64,000 nucleotides of DNA from an uncultured Flavobacteriaceae bacterium (lineage in GTDB: Bacteria > Bacteroidota > Bacteroidia > Flavobacteriales > Flavobacteriaceae), in contig CAVVXE010000004.1 of the NCBI GenBank assembly GCA_963752165.1, positions 5,437 through 69,436 on the forward strand, in the 5' to 3' direction. The notes beneath the pieces are model-generated. The model saw only the letters and a list, made by a program, of their open reading frames with translations. It ran no database searches and was not told the origin of the DNA. The position numbers and the translations under genes are program-made. Position 1 is the first letter of the stretch, and each line of letters starts with the position of its first letter. This document shows positions 1 to 11,057 of this stretch, piece by piece.

Positions 1-2037
1 GGAAATATGCAATTCATCTGCCAGCTCTTTCTGGGTTGCCAATTGGTGAGGAACAAATTCGTGTAATGGTGGATCCAGGAGTCGGATGGTCACAGGAAGT
101 CCCTGCATGGCCTCGAAAATACCTTCAAAATCGCTTCGTTGCATAGGAAGGAGGTCTTTTAGGGCCTGTTTTCTTCCTTTCACGGTACTGGCGAGGATCA
201 TTTCGCGCATCGCCTTGATCCGGTCTACTTCAAAGAACATATGCTCGGTCCGCGTCAGGCCAATGCCCTGGGCACCAAAACTTCGCGCTACTTTGGCATC
301 TTTGGGCGTATCGGCGTTGGTACGCACCTTCATAGTAGCGTATTTATCTGCCAGTTCCATCAACTCTCCAAACTCCCCGCTTAACTCGGGTTCTCTGGTA
401 GCTACTTTACCTTCAATTATATTTCCGGTAGAACCGTTCAGGGAGATCCAGTCCCCGTCATGGAATTCCCTACCTTCTACTTTTAAGGTCCTGGTTTTGT
501 AATTGATCTTCAATGCTCCGGCTCCTGAGATACAACATTTTCCCATTCCCCTGGCTACTACTGCAGCATGGGAGGTCATCCCACCACGGGCGGTTAAAAT
601 ACCTTTTGCCAAATGCATCCCTTCCAGGTCTTCCGGGGAGGTCTCTGTTCTGACCAGGATGCTATACTTGTACTTGCTGGCCTCATCGGCAAAGAAGACG
701 ATCTGCCCGGTAGCAGCACCCGGTGAAGCAGGCAATCCCTGCGCTATGACCTCTGCTTCTTCCAGCGCTTTGGGATCGAAAACAGGGTGTAACAACTCGT
801 CCAGTTTAATGGGGTCGATGCGAAGCAGCGCTTCTTTTTCATCCAATATACCTTCTTCCAGGAGGTCCATGGCTATTTTGACCATGGCAGCTCCCGTGCG
901 TTTCCCATTCCTGGTCTGGAGGATCCAGAGCTTGCCCTGCTGAATGGTAAACTCCATATCCTGCATATCGCGATAATGACTTTCCAGTGTTTTCTGATAG
1001 CCATCCAATTCAAGGTAGATCTCCGGCATTAATTCTTCCAGGGAAGGATACATCCCCAAACGGTCTTCTTCCTTCACTTGTGCTAGTTTCGCCCAGCGCT
1101 CCGAGCCCACTTTGGTGATCTGCTGAGGTGTCCGCACCCCGGCCACTACATCTTCGCCCTGGGCGTTAATAAGGTATTCTCCATTGAACATATTTTCACC
1201 AGTTCCGGCATCTCTTGTGAAGCAAACCCCGGTTCCGGAATCATCGCCCATATTGCCAAATACCATGGCCTGAACATTTACAGCAGTACCCCAATCTGCA
1301 GGGTAGCCGTGCATTTTTCGGTAGTACCTTGCCCGATCACCATTCCAGCTGTCAAAAACGGCCATTACTGCCCCCCAAAGTTGTTCCCATGGGTCTGTTG
1401 GAAAATTCCGGCCTGTTTTTTTCTTCACGGCATCCTTAAAATCATAGACCAGGTCCTGAAGGTCCTGTACAGTAAACTCGGTATCCAGGCTGATATGCCT
1501 TTTGTCTTTTAAGTGGTCAATGATCTCTTCAAAAGGATCCTCATCCTCCTTGGTTTCCGGTTTCATCCCCATGACCACACCGCCATACATCTGGATAAAC
1601 CGCCTGTAGGAATCCCAGGCAAAGCGTTCGTTCTTTGTTTTTTTTATGATCCCTTCAATCGCCTCATCATTTAATCCCAGGTTCAGCACGGTATCCATCA
1701 TTCCGGGCATGGACACCCGGGCACCGGAACGTACGGAGAGCAGCAGCGGATTTTCATTATCTCCAAATTTGGCCTTCATGGTTTGTTCGATCTCCTGTAT
1801 GGCCTTTTCCACATCGGCCTTAATAAGGGAAATCACCTCTTTTTTGCCCAATTCGTTATATTCCGTACACACTTCCGTGGTAATGGTAAACCCGGGAGGA
1901 ACCGGAATACCGATCCTGCTCATTTCTGCCAGGTTGGCTCCCTTGCCACCTAGCAAATTTTTCATTTTACTGTTACCGTCGGCTTTTTTATTGCCAAATT
2001 TATATACCCTTGTTTTAATAGCTGTGGTTGCTTGCAT
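1..2037 (-). CDS. ppdK: pyruvate, phosphate dikinase (N-terminal ~680 codons; C-terminus runs off the left edge)
   Basis: My own reverse-strand translation from the ATG at 2037 gives MQATTAIKTRVYKFGNKKADGNSKMKNLLGGKGANLAEMSRIGIPVPPGFTITTEVC... and later GGMTSHAAVVARGMGK (phospho-His motif). The gene is absent from the ORF track because its frame is open at position 1. The + strand ORFs 86..2062 are its antisense shadows. Confidence 0.9.
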   Translation of the reverse strand, partial: MQATTAIKTRVYKFGNKKADGNSKMKNLLGGKGANLAEMSRIGIPVPPGFTITTEVCTEYNELGKKEVISLIKADVEKAIQEIEQTMKAKFGDNENPLLLSVRSGARVSMPGMMDTVLNLGLNDEAIEGIIKKTKNERFAWDSYRRFIQMYGGVVMGMKPETKEDEDPFEEIIDHLKDKRHISLDTEFTVQDLQDLVYDFKDAVKKKTGRNFPTDPWEQLWGAVMAVFDSWNGDRARYYRKMHGYPADWGTAVNVQAMVFGNMGDDSGTGVCFTRDAGTGENMFNGEYLINAQGEDVVAGVRTPQQITKVGSERWAKLAQVKEEDRLGMYPSLEELMPEIYLELDGYQKTLESHYRDMQDMEFTIQQGKLWILQTRNGKRTGAAMVKIAMDLLEEGILDEKEALLRIDPIKLDELLHPVFDPKALEEAEVIAQGLPASPGAATGQIVFFADEASKYKYSILVRTETSPEDLEGMHLAKGILTARGGMTSHAAVVARGMGKCCISGAGALKINYKTRTLKVEGREFHDGDWISLNGSTGNIIEGKVATREPELSGEFGELMELADKYATMKVRTNADTPKDAKVARSFGAQGIGLTRTEHMFFEVDRIKAMREMILASTVKGRKQALKDLLPMQRSDFEGIFEAMQGLPVTIRLLDPPLHEFVPHQLATQKELADELHIS

Positions 2038-2245
2038 GACTTATTATTTACACATCCAGTGATGTTCATTTGTGAGGGTGAAATTACTGTCATTGCCCGG
2101 TTATTTTTATGATAAATATCATATTAGCCCAGCGTCTGCAACTTTGGTTACAATAGGAATGGATAGTGAATGGAAAGTTGGAAGGTGGTTAAAATCCGCT
2201 AGCAGTGGTTATCTGAGTTGTGTAATTGAAACGTATTCAATTTAC

Positions 2246-3964
2246 TTATTCTACGGTAAAGGAGATCTTTTTGCTCACAGGTATGCCGGAACGGGATATT
2301 CCTTCCAAAATGATTTCAAATTCCCCGGTGAGGTCTGAGGTAAAAAAATGGGTCATAAGATCATCCCCATTCATTTCTATCTCCGGGATCCAGGCCAATT
2401 GCCTTCTGAAATCAGGGAGGTGTTTTTTATCTTCGAACCTTTCTCCGGAATAATCTTCTTTGTAATAGTTCTTTTTCAATCTGGGTGGTGCATAGGAAAA
2501 GGCCTGTGTGGCACTGTCCAGATAGTTTATGAACGTGTTGCCTTCCATAGTCGTGATATCGATAATTCCCTGAAAGGCATAGGAGCCATATAAATACTGG
2601 TCCCTTCCTATTTTGATATTCTTTATGGCCTTTGAGGGAAGCCCCAAAAGCTTGCCATGGTCGTCTATAAAAGCACCGTCGAGGAGCACAAGTGGCCTTT
2701 CCCCTGAGTCCTGTAAGGGAAGGGCAGGTCTCACTTTAAAGTCAACCTGTCCGTTCTTACCATCCTCTATCCAAACATGCTCCAAAATTTCCACAAAGGT
2801 TTCCCGTAACGTTGGGAACCGCGTATAGTCATCCAGGTCATAATTTGTCATAGGGCCCTGGTAAAAAGGTTCACTTGGTTTTGCTTGCAATATGGAATCG
2901 GGTCTGTTCTGGAAATAGGCATTTTCGATCTGATTCTGTATGCTCCGCTCCAAAATGGCACCCTTCATGGCTTCATCTAATTGAAAGTGAAAGAATTCCA
3001 GATTCCCAAAATCCGTAACGGTATCATTTTCCAGCTCTATACGCGTGGCCTCTTCCCGGATTCCCGTTGGCGTGATGTAGATAGTGTTTCCCGTGAAAGA
3101 ATGCTGGACCTCGGTGTTGAAGGTCCCGTTCGTATCGGGAGTGGCAATTTTAAAGACATTGTTTTCTCCCGGCAGGAAGATCATTAGTTTTCGAGAAAGG
3201 TCGTCCTGATCTGAAATGATCTTCCCCGAAATAAGATCTCCCCTTGTCTCCGGCAAAAAGGGCATTGCTGATCTTTTTGAGGGAGAGGGCTTATTTCCCA
3301 GAAATTCTGCAATCGTTTTTCTCCCTGCATTCGGTAGTGTTTCCTTTTTTCTGATCGATAGGGATAAAGTCCCCTGTAAGCCGGTCTTCGGTATTGCTTT
3401 TATGATGAGGTCTACCCGTTGCCGTTTTCCGTAGCTGCTTTTGTCAATAGCTAAGGTCATTATGCCATCATTATTGGGATGGTTCGTAATGCCTGCGTTA
3501 GCCGACGTATCTTTAGCCCTTGTTTTCAAAAAAACGGATTGATCCCCGCGATAGGGATTTAAAATGGTAAGGTCTGTTGTAAAAAAGGAATCAGGGCCTA
3601 AATTACGCATCCATTGGGTATAGCCTACTAATTTGTAATTCCCTGAAGGGATCGCTGCCGGAATAAAAAATTCGCTAGCTGCCGTCCCATCTATTAATTT
3701 CAATTTGTGATGAAATACCACTTCCTGGTCTTCGTTGACCAGGTCCACGTAGCCTATTTTACTGATAGGGCTGAGGGTTCCTTCTTCATGTAAAAGGGTA
3801 TAGAATTGATAATAGAGGTACTCTCCGGCTAAAGCGATCCCGGTATTGGAATGCAGGTAAACCGTTTCCACAGGAAGCTGCAGTAATGCCTGCTGTGCCG
3901 TTTGGGAATACAGACGACCCAGGGAACAGTATAAAACCAGGATGATGGTACTTATTTTTTTCAT
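2246..3964 (-). CDS. hypothetical secreted protein, last gene of the TonB-receptor locus
   Basis: 572-aa ORF with a signal peptide (MKKISTIILVLYCSLGRLYSQ). It lies 8 nt from the upstream DUF4249-like gene. The N-terminal VYLHSN..GEYLYYQFY stretch weakly recalls MG2-like starts of Bacteroidota surface proteins. Confidence 0.6.
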   Translation of the reverse strand: MKKISTIILVLYCSLGRLYSQTAQQALLQLPVETVYLHSNTGIALAGEYLYYQFYTLLHEEGTLSPISKIGYVDLVNEDQEVVFHHKLKLIDGTAASEFFIPAAIPSGNYKLVGYTQWMRNLGPDSFFTTDLTILNPYRGDQSVFLKTRAKDTSANAGITNHPNNDGIMTLAIDKSSYGKRQRVDLIIKAIPKTGLQGTLSLSIRKKETLPNAGRKTIAEFLGNKPSPSKRSAMPFLPETRGDLISGKIISDQDDLSRKLMIFLPGENNVFKIATPDTNGTFNTEVQHSFTGNTIYITPTGIREEATRIELENDTVTDFGNLEFFHFQLDEAMKGAILERSIQNQIENAYFQNRPDSILQAKPSEPFYQGPMTNYDLDDYTRFPTLRETFVEILEHVWIEDGKNGQVDFKVRPALPLQDSGERPLVLLDGAFIDDHGKLLGLPSKAIKNIKIGRDQYLYGSYAFQGIIDITTMEGNTFINYLDSATQAFSYAPPRLKKNYYKEDYSGERFEDKKHLPDFRRQLAWIPEIEMNGDDLMTHFFTSDLTGEFEIILEGISRSGIPVSKKISFTVE

Positions 3965-3972
3965 GAATTACG

Positions 3973-5196
3973 TTATTCCTCCCAAAAAGCGGGAACTATA
4001 TTGCTGCCAACTTCCGTACAGTCTCCACATCCCGCAGTGACCATGAGATAAGGGCCATATTCTTCAAAATTCAGCGGGTTGATCTCCGTATCGTAATTAT
4101 CGTAATAATCATAAAGTCCAAATTCAATGCCGTCAATCAATGGGGAAGTCCCCGCTATATTAATTAAGGGTGGGGAAGTAATCATACAATCAATCAGGTA
4201 ATCCGGTAATTCTTCTCCCGGGAACAGGTCCTGGTAATCAAAAAAGATACGTTTCTGGCTAACGGACGAAACTTCGAAAAACCCAATTACTTTCTCTGAT
4301 TCATTTTGTTCCGATCTGATATTTCCTTCTAAAAATCCGGTTTGTAACTGCGAGAAAAGGCTCTCGGAACTGGAAAGGGATTTTAAGGTCGCATAATAGG
4401 TGAAGGCTTCCCTACTCTGAACATATTGTTTAACGAGTATACTATAGCGGTGGGAAATGATATAGTTCTCCCTGCTAATGAACCGCACGGGAAACCTGCT
4501 TACCCTGTCCTCATTTAAGTCGGCCGTAGAGGTTTGTATGATATTTTTAGATAGCTCCGTGGCATAACAGGTCTTTTCTTCCCTCGATCTGGGCCGTAGG
4601 CCTACTTCCGGGAATGGCAAAGGGGCAATGACATATGCTTCAAGGTCATAGATATAGAAGGGTGCTATGATCTTATAGGTCTCTTCATATTCGTATTTAT
4701 AGTACGTAGCACTGTTAGAAGGATCATAGCTGTCTACATAAATAAAGACGCCTTCTATTTGATCATCTGCGATTTCGCGAACGGCGTATACATTCTCAAT
4801 CAGGGAACCGGCCCTTATACTGCTGGTTTCTGAAACATAAGAATTCCCGTCGGAAGTCGTGATAGACAAGGTATAAGCCCTTCCTTCTGCTGCCGCAAAA
4901 GGAACCCTGGAAAGATATTCCCCGCCTCCCTGGTGGTCAAAACCGAATACGGCACCGGTATCGTCCGTAATCTGAACAACGGCATCACTTTCCCCTGACA
5001 TGATGATCGTATCCAATGGAAAGGAGCGGGAAACCATAACGCTCTGCTGCTTGTTCTCATCTGTGATGGTTGCTTCTACCACCAAGGCGCTCTCAAATAC
5101 CGGATCCTTAAATTCGTATGGTTCCGTACAGGCAATGACCATAAGTATCACAGCACCGTAGAATAGAATTTTATGTAACACTTTATTCGCCATCAA
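3973..5196 (-). CDS. DUF4249-like lipoprotein
   Basis: 407-aa ORF with a lipobox (VIACTEP) followed by LVVEATITDE..QSVMVSRSFPLD, the pattern I associate with DUF4249. It overlaps the upstream TonB receptor gene by 4 nt, which is the usual partner arrangement. Confidence 0.7.
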   Translation of the reverse strand: MMANKVLHKILFYGAVILMVIACTEPYEFKDPVFESALVVEATITDENKQQSVMVSRSFPLDTIIMSGESDAVVQITDDTGAVFGFDHQGGGEYLSRVPFAAAEGRAYTLSITTSDGNSYVSETSSIRAGSLIENVYAVREIADDQIEGVFIYVDSYDPSNSATYYKYEYEETYKIIAPFYIYDLEAYVIAPLPFPEVGLRPRSREEKTCYATELSKNIIQTSTADLNEDRVSRFPVRFISRENYIISHRYSILVKQYVQSREAFTYYATLKSLSSSESLFSQLQTGFLEGNIRSEQNESEKVIGFFEVSSVSQKRIFFDYQDLFPGEELPDYLIDCMITSPPLINIAGTSPLIDGIEFGLYDYYDNYDTEINPLNFEEYGPYLMVTAGCGDCTEVGSNIVPAFWEE

Positions 5197-7979
5197 AACT
5201 TAAAATTATAGGTTATTGTTGGTACGGGAATCGTGAATATGGAGCTTTGCAATGCCTTGAGCTCGCCATTTTCCGTCACGAAAAAGACGGAAAAGGGATT
5301 GTTCCTGCCTAATACATTGTAGATGGAAATGTTCCAAAAACTATGGGCCAATTTTTTTAGCTTATGGTTGCCCTCAATATTAAAACCAAGGTCGAGTCTA
5401 TAATAATCAGGTATTCTAAAGGCGTTCCTGTCACTGTAATAAACATATTGCCCATTATCAAAAGTATAACTGCCAATGGGAAAGGTTACGGGTCGGCCGG
5501 TTTGGTAGATAAAATTGGCCGAAAGGCTAAAGCGTTTCGTGAATTTGTAGTTGAGCACGGCACTAAAATCGTGCGGTTTGTCGTAGTTCGTAGGGAAGAA
5601 TGCCCCGGCATTTACGCGCTCCTCGGCAAAGTCACTGTCTAACTTAAGGAAAGATCTGGAATAGGTATAGGAGATCCAGCCGTTTAGTATGCCGTTATTT
5701 TTTCGTGCCAGGAATTCGACGCCATACGATTTTCCATCCCCCTGCAGGGTTTCGGTCTCTATAGTCTGGTTTAGTAACAATTCGGATCCGACTTTAAAGT
5801 CAAGTATGTTCTCTGCGGTCTTGTAATACCCCTCCAGACTTAATTCATACGTATTTCCATCTATATTCTTAAACAGGCCTATACTGTATTGGTTCCCTAA
5901 TTGCGGTTTGATGTTGTTATCGGACAATTTCCAGGTATCTATGGGCGAAATGGTGGTATTGTTCGAAAGTCGGTGAATGTATTGATAGGTGCGGTTATAG
6001 CTCGCTTTCAGCGACAGGTCTTCCTGTATAAGATAGCGCCCGGCCAGTCTGATTTCGGGTCCACCGTAGGTGGTGGCAAATTCACCTTTTTCGAAGGTTT
6101 CGGTTCCCGTCCTCGTATCCTCATTTTTCGGGGCATTTTCCTGATAATTCCGTTCTTCCCTTGGGCCCAGCGCGGCAAAAAAGGAATAGCGAAAACCCAA
6201 ATCGAGCAAGAGCTTGTCGTTTATCTTATAACTGTCTGAAAGATAAATGGCAGACTCCAAAGCCCTTTCTTCAGCTATGTTTACTTCACTAATTTCTGAA
6301 TCGGCACCGATTGGCCTCAGGTAGCCCGGCTCCGTGCGGTAAAATTTAGCCATAATACCATAATCAAATTTATGGTCTGCGCTGTGCAGGTATTTTACCC
6401 TTAGTTTGTATTCGGTCTCGTTAATGGCAAACCCCAAATCAAAATCGTTATTGGTAGCGCCGTCATAGGCAATATTAAAATTATAGTAACTATTCGCCAC
6501 GGTTAGTTTGGCGGTATTCTTTTCATTGAACTTATGTTCCCAATCCAGGGAAAATAACCTGTTGCTATAGCCATATAAGGAATCTGAGGTGATACTAAAA
6601 TTATCCTTACTGAAATAGCCCGATGCCCTTACCGTATTGTTTTCGTCTACTTTATGGCTGTATTTGGCAATGACATCATAAAAAGACGCCTGACTATTTT
6701 TTAGCGATTCCTCGTCAAGGGAACGGAGAATCCAGTCAGAATAGGTACTCCTCCCGCCAATGAGCAAACCCGATTTTTCTTTTATAATTGGAACTTCCAG
6801 GGCAATACTGCTGGTTACAGGACCCAGGGCGGCCTCCCCGGAAAATTTTTCAGTGTTGGCATCTTTGGAAGTGATATCAAAAACAGAAGAAAGTCGGCCT
6901 CCATACTGTGCTGGTATTCCACCGGTAAATATTTGTACGTCCTCAGTGGTGAAGGGGTTGAGGGCCTGGAAAATTCCGAAAAAATGAGACGGGTTGTAAA
7001 TTACGGCATTATCCAACAGTATTAAATTTTGATCCGTGGAACCACCCCTGACGTTAAAACCTGCCGCACCTTCACCGGCTGTGGAAATGCCCGGAAGGGT
7101 AGTGGCCACCTTAAGAACATCGCGCTCACCGAGTATTAGGGGAATGTTCTTGGTCTCTTCCACCACCAGGGAGGTATTTCCTGTCAGGGCATCCTCCACA
7201 TTTTTGTTCGCGTCTGCAGCTACTACGACTTCATCCAGGTACTCCACACTTTCTTCCAGGACCACATTTAAGGTACCATTATTAAAGACAATAGCGCGCT
7301 TTACGGCACTTTCTATACCTATGGAACTGTATTTAAGTAAGTTTTCACCGCGGGGTACCCTGATCTCGTAATACCCCTTTTCATTGGTAGTGGTGCCGGT
7401 TCTTGCATCGTTTAGTGTTATGGTAAGATTTTGTAGGGGTTCCTGGGTCTTTCCATCCGTAACATACCCACTGATCTTAAACATTTCTGCACGGTTGTTC
7501 GGATTTTCCCTTCCAATCCGGACCGTCTCAATACTATTTTCCTTGTCCTTTTTGGGCTGGTCAAAAAATACAGGTCTGTTATCGCGCCTTGTGTCTTCCT
7601 GGATTATGGTATCCATAGACTTCCTTCCGAAGAATGAAGGCGGCAGCTCATTGTAAATAAGGCTGTTGTTGGTGAGTACAACCTGGTTTTCCGAATACCA
7701 GTAATAATTTAGGGTGGTTTCTGAAAGAATACTGTCCAAAATAGCCTTTACGGACATATTTGTAGCCGCCAGGTTTATAGTTTTCCCATTGAACCACGTT
7801 TTGTCATAATAGAAGAAGATACCTGCTTTTTTTTCAATTTCGTTAAGCACCTCTTGTATAGGTTGTTCCTGAAGACTGATGGATAATTTGGTGCTACTGA
7901 TACCCTCCTGCGCATTGGTAAAACAGCCGGATCCGAAAAGGATCAGGAAAACAAGTATTTTTAACCTATAAAGTTCCAT
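5193..7979 (-). CDS. TonB-dependent receptor with N-terminal STN-like and carboxypeptidase-regulatory-like domains
   Basis: 928-aa ORF with a signal peptide. It carries a CarbopepD_reg-like segment (ISGYVTDGKTQEPLQNLTITLNDARTGTTTNEKGYYEIRV) and a plug motif (GFNVRGGSTDQNLILLDNAVIYNPSHFFG). The C-terminal beta-barrel ends in aromatic ...TYNFKF. Confidence 0.85.
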   Translation of the reverse strand: MELYRLKILVFLILFGSGCFTNAQEGISSTKLSISLQEQPIQEVLNEIEKKAGIFFYYDKTWFNGKTINLAATNMSVKAILDSILSETTLNYYWYSENQVVLTNNSLIYNELPPSFFGRKSMDTIIQEDTRRDNRPVFFDQPKKDKENSIETVRIGRENPNNRAEMFKISGYVTDGKTQEPLQNLTITLNDARTGTTTNEKGYYEIRVPRGENLLKYSSIGIESAVKRAIVFNNGTLNVVLEESVEYLDEVVVAADANKNVEDALTGNTSLVVEETKNIPLILGERDVLKVATTLPGISTAGEGAAGFNVRGGSTDQNLILLDNAVIYNPSHFFGIFQALNPFTTEDVQIFTGGIPAQYGGRLSSVFDITSKDANTEKFSGEAALGPVTSSIALEVPIIKEKSGLLIGGRSTYSDWILRSLDEESLKNSQASFYDVIAKYSHKVDENNTVRASGYFSKDNFSITSDSLYGYSNRLFSLDWEHKFNEKNTAKLTVANSYYNFNIAYDGATNNDFDLGFAINETEYKLRVKYLHSADHKFDYGIMAKFYRTEPGYLRPIGADSEISEVNIAEERALESAIYLSDSYKINDKLLLDLGFRYSFFAALGPREERNYQENAPKNEDTRTGTETFEKGEFATTYGGPEIRLAGRYLIQEDLSLKASYNRTYQYIHRLSNNTTISPIDTWKLSDNNIKPQLGNQYSIGLFKNIDGNTYELSLEGYYKTAENILDFKVGSELLLNQTIETETLQGDGKSYGVEFLARKNNGILNGWISYTYSRSFLKLDSDFAEERVNAGAFFPTNYDKPHDFSAVLNYKFTKRFSLSANFIYQTGRPVTFPIGSYTFDNGQYVYYSDRNAFRIPDYYRLDLGFNIEGNHKLKKLAHSFWNISIYNVLGRNNPFSVFFVTENGELKALQSSIFTIPVPTITYNFKF

Positions 7980-8751
7980 TTTCCATCAATTTCTGGAGTT
8001 GTGTGAAGATTGATATCAAAGTGACCTCAGGATCGCGTTTGATGGCGTTGGTGTCATATAGCCTGTTTAAGTCTTTTTTATATTCAGGGAAAACGTTAAC
8101 CAGATCACCTTTTTTCCGCAAAGGATAGATGGTGTCCTTATAGTTGAAAAAATAGCTGATATCGTCCTGAAACTCATAATAAACCACCGTTTGGATGATC
8201 TTTCTGTACTTTTTCTTTTTGTGTTTCTTTAAAAGGGAAAGATTGTCTGAAGACCATAACAGCTCATGGAAACCACCGGTAATATCCGAGGTTTCATTGC
8301 CAACATTTATGAACGTTTTATTCGCTAGTTGAAATTCCTTTATTCTGGGGGTATATAATTTTAAAATGGGAAATTGCCACTTGTAGCCAATATCCAGCAA
8401 TAGATCGTCTGCATCAAGGTCATATTTTAAATTGACATTGCCATAAAATTGATTGTCGTAAACCAGGCTGCCTTTCATAAAGGCACTTGTCATGAAGAAT
8501 TTATGGCGCTCATTGATGGTCCGGTAGCGCTCAATATATTTTGTACCATTGTATAGTCCGGTATTTTCAGGACCAATAATACTGTCGACCATAATGAGTG
8601 ATTTAATCTCAATATTGGTCTGCGCCCTAACAGTGCCATGGATTTGGACCAGGCATATAAGAAGTATGAAGATGAATCTGTTCAATTGGCAGCTCTTGCA
8701 ATTAGCAAAGCATAAGGTAGTAATAATGTTTATAATGGCAACCCAGATCAT
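7966..8751 (-). CDS. hypothetical protein, first gene of the receptor locus
   Basis: 261-aa ORF overlapping the receptor start by 14 nt, with a hydrophobic N-terminus. I recognise no family. Confidence 0.5.
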   Translation of the reverse strand: MIWVAIINIITTLCFANCKSCQLNRFIFILLICLVQIHGTVRAQTNIEIKSLIMVDSIIGPENTGLYNGTKYIERYRTINERHKFFMTSAFMKGSLVYDNQFYGNVNLKYDLDADDLLLDIGYKWQFPILKLYTPRIKEFQLANKTFINVGNETSDITGGFHELLWSSDNLSLLKKHKKKKYRKIIQTVVYYEFQDDISYFFNYKDTIYPLRKKGDLVNVFPEYKKDLNRLYDTNAIKRDPEVTLISIFTQLQKLMENGTL

Positions 8752-9459
8752 TGAAGCAGGTTACATTATGTCTTAAATAATCCATATGGTTTGCGTACTT
8801 CACCAGGATGCAAAATGTAATTTACATTGATTGTCAGTCAATTATGAAAATGAGAGGCCTAAAACGATGCACCTGACCTGTTTCGCAAGTTTTAACACTA
8901 TTCACGGTAAAATAAAGTTTGACTTTATATTTAGAATAAATAGTATTTCCCGATACACTATTTGAAGTTTATCTAGTTCACCTGGTGCTGTACCATTTGG
9001 TCAACAATATGACAACAATAAATGGAAAAAATTAATAAGCACAGGACAAAAAAGACAAACTTTAGTTGGTTTTTTTGTTTTTAATATTAGCCCTAATTTA
9101 GACGAAAAAGTAATTGGCTCAATTAAAGGTACCTCAGTTACATGTAATGTGAAGGAGTATATATGTTATAAGTTTTGTGCATGATTTGAATTAAATACCG
9201 TTAATGATTTCATGCTTCTTTACTAATCTAAAACTATTCAGAACATTTTATGGCCATGTAAAAAGATAATTTGAATCGATACGCTACTATTATCTTATTT
9301 TTTTATCGCATTTTTTTCAAGCTTTACTATTTCTGAATTATTTAAAAATTTATTCTAGCTACTATAGCTTAGATACCAGACCTCAAAATGGATAAGTAAT
9401 CGTCTTTAAAATTGTATCAATAATTATAATTTATTTGCCGGAAGTAATTACAAAAATTC

Positions 9460-10729
9460 ATGAATAATAACAATCTTAACAGATTCCCTTTAGTTTGGAA
9501 AACTATCACGCTACTATTTTTATTATTTTCCCTTGGCATTTTTTCTCAATCCAATAAGCGATACTATTCCAACGTGTCCTGTTAAATCATTACCAGATCT
9601 TTTTAAAAAGAAAGATTCCGTACTTACCTTCAAACCTATTAAGGAAAGTTTTTTTTTGGTGATTCCAGTTGTTGGATCTTCACCGGCAACAGGGTTTCTA
9701 TTCGGAGCCGTTACCCAATATACATTTAAAGGGAAACAGGCTGAAGCCAAATACTCTTCTTTTAATTTTGGCGCAACGTATACCACTAAAAAGCAATTAC
9801 TGGTTAACGTTAAAAACACCATATTACTAAATACTAACAAAATATACTTAAATGGTGATTGGCGGTATTATATTTTTTCGCAAAATAATTATGGTTTGGG
9901 ATCAGATATCATACCTCCAAAAAGAAATGATGAAAATTTTGTTTTAGAAGAATTGTCACAACCTATGGGATATGATTATCTTAAATTTCATCAAACGGTA
10001 TCGTTTAGGATAGGGGGTGATTTTTATATTGGAGGAGGGATACATTTAGATGGGTATACCAATATTTCAGATAAGTTGTTAGACGTCCCAAACAATGTAT
10101 TAACAGAGCATTATAAGTACAGTGAAAAGTACGGTTTTAGTACCAACGAATATTACGTTAATGGCCTGAGTCTTAATTTTGTTTTTGATTCGCGAGACAA
10201 CCAGGTGAATGCTAATAATGGATTGTATTTCAACATTAATTTTAGAGACAATCCTGTATTAAGGAAAAATCAGTCATCAAGTTCTGTATTGTTCACGGAA
10301 TTAAAGTATTATATCCCTTTGAGCAAAACAAATGCGCAACATGTGCTGGCTTTTTGGACCTATGGCCAATTTTTAACCCATGGAAATCTACCTTACTTAA
10401 ATTTGCCGGCCATTGGTTGGGATAAAACAAGTAGGGGTGGACGTGGTTATGTACAGGGTCTGATTAGAGGGCAGAATTTAGCATATTTGGAAACCGAATA
10501 TCGCTTCCCTATTTCCTGTAACCAGTTAATTAGTGGCACCGTATTTGCCAATTTTACTACAGCCAGTGATAAAGACAGACAAGTAAAGCTTTTTAATGCT
10601 GTTCAGCCGGCTTTTGGTATTGGGTTGCGCATATTAATTGATAAAGCAACCCGCACAAATCTGATATTAAATCAGTCTTGGGGAAGACAATCTAACGCTT
10701 TTTATTTAAATGCTGGTGAAGCATTTTAA
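9460..10729 (+). pseudogene. Omp85/BamA-family (surface antigen D15-like) outer-membrane beta-barrel with an apparent frameshift between signal peptide and mature part
   Basis: ORF 9533..10729 (TTG-initiated in the track) has the small Omp85-like architecture and ends in ...NAGEAF. A good signal peptide (MNNNNLNRFPLVWKTITLLFLLFSLGIFSQS) starts at ATG 9460 in a different frame and stops at 9585. One indel in 9533-9585 would join the two. Confidence 0.65.
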
Positions 10730-10748
10730 TAAGCGAAAAAGCTTATTT
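10727..10748 (+). terminator. weak AT-rich hairpin after the Omp85-like gene
   Basis: aataagc-gaaaaa-gcttatt overlaps or follows the stop codon. Confidence 0.35.
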
Positions 10749-11057
10749 AATTAGTTGTCCTTTTGGTCTTTAATACTGTTCTTTAAAAACAACAAAGCAT
10801 CCCTATTTGCTGTATGCAAGAAGGAAAGCCTTTCATTGTAATATCAGATTCTCCTGAAACTACACCTTATCTCATCTTTGAAATAAGCAATATAACATCA
10901 TGTTTGCCGTCTGGAAGGGACTCAATATTTTTATACAAAATCTATAATAGCAAATAAAAATTATAAAAAAGTATTCCAACAATTTAATTTTTATCCATTT
11001 ATAGTCTTAAGCCTAAAACTAGTAGTACTTTGGCGACTGTAAGTACAAGAAAGAGAA

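Noticed and set aside
86-2062. Four + strand ORFs (86..502, 503..943, 1309..1512, 1646..2062) at the left edge
   Set aside because: They lie antisense to a clear ppdK reading frame that is open to position 1. Their translations are low-complexity Ser/Pro/Ala-rich shadows with no recognisable motifs.
9523-9840. Minus-strand 105-aa ORF overlapping the start of the Omp85-like gene, and 8549..8776 (+)
   Set aside because: Both are antisense shadows of better-supported genes and have no motifs.
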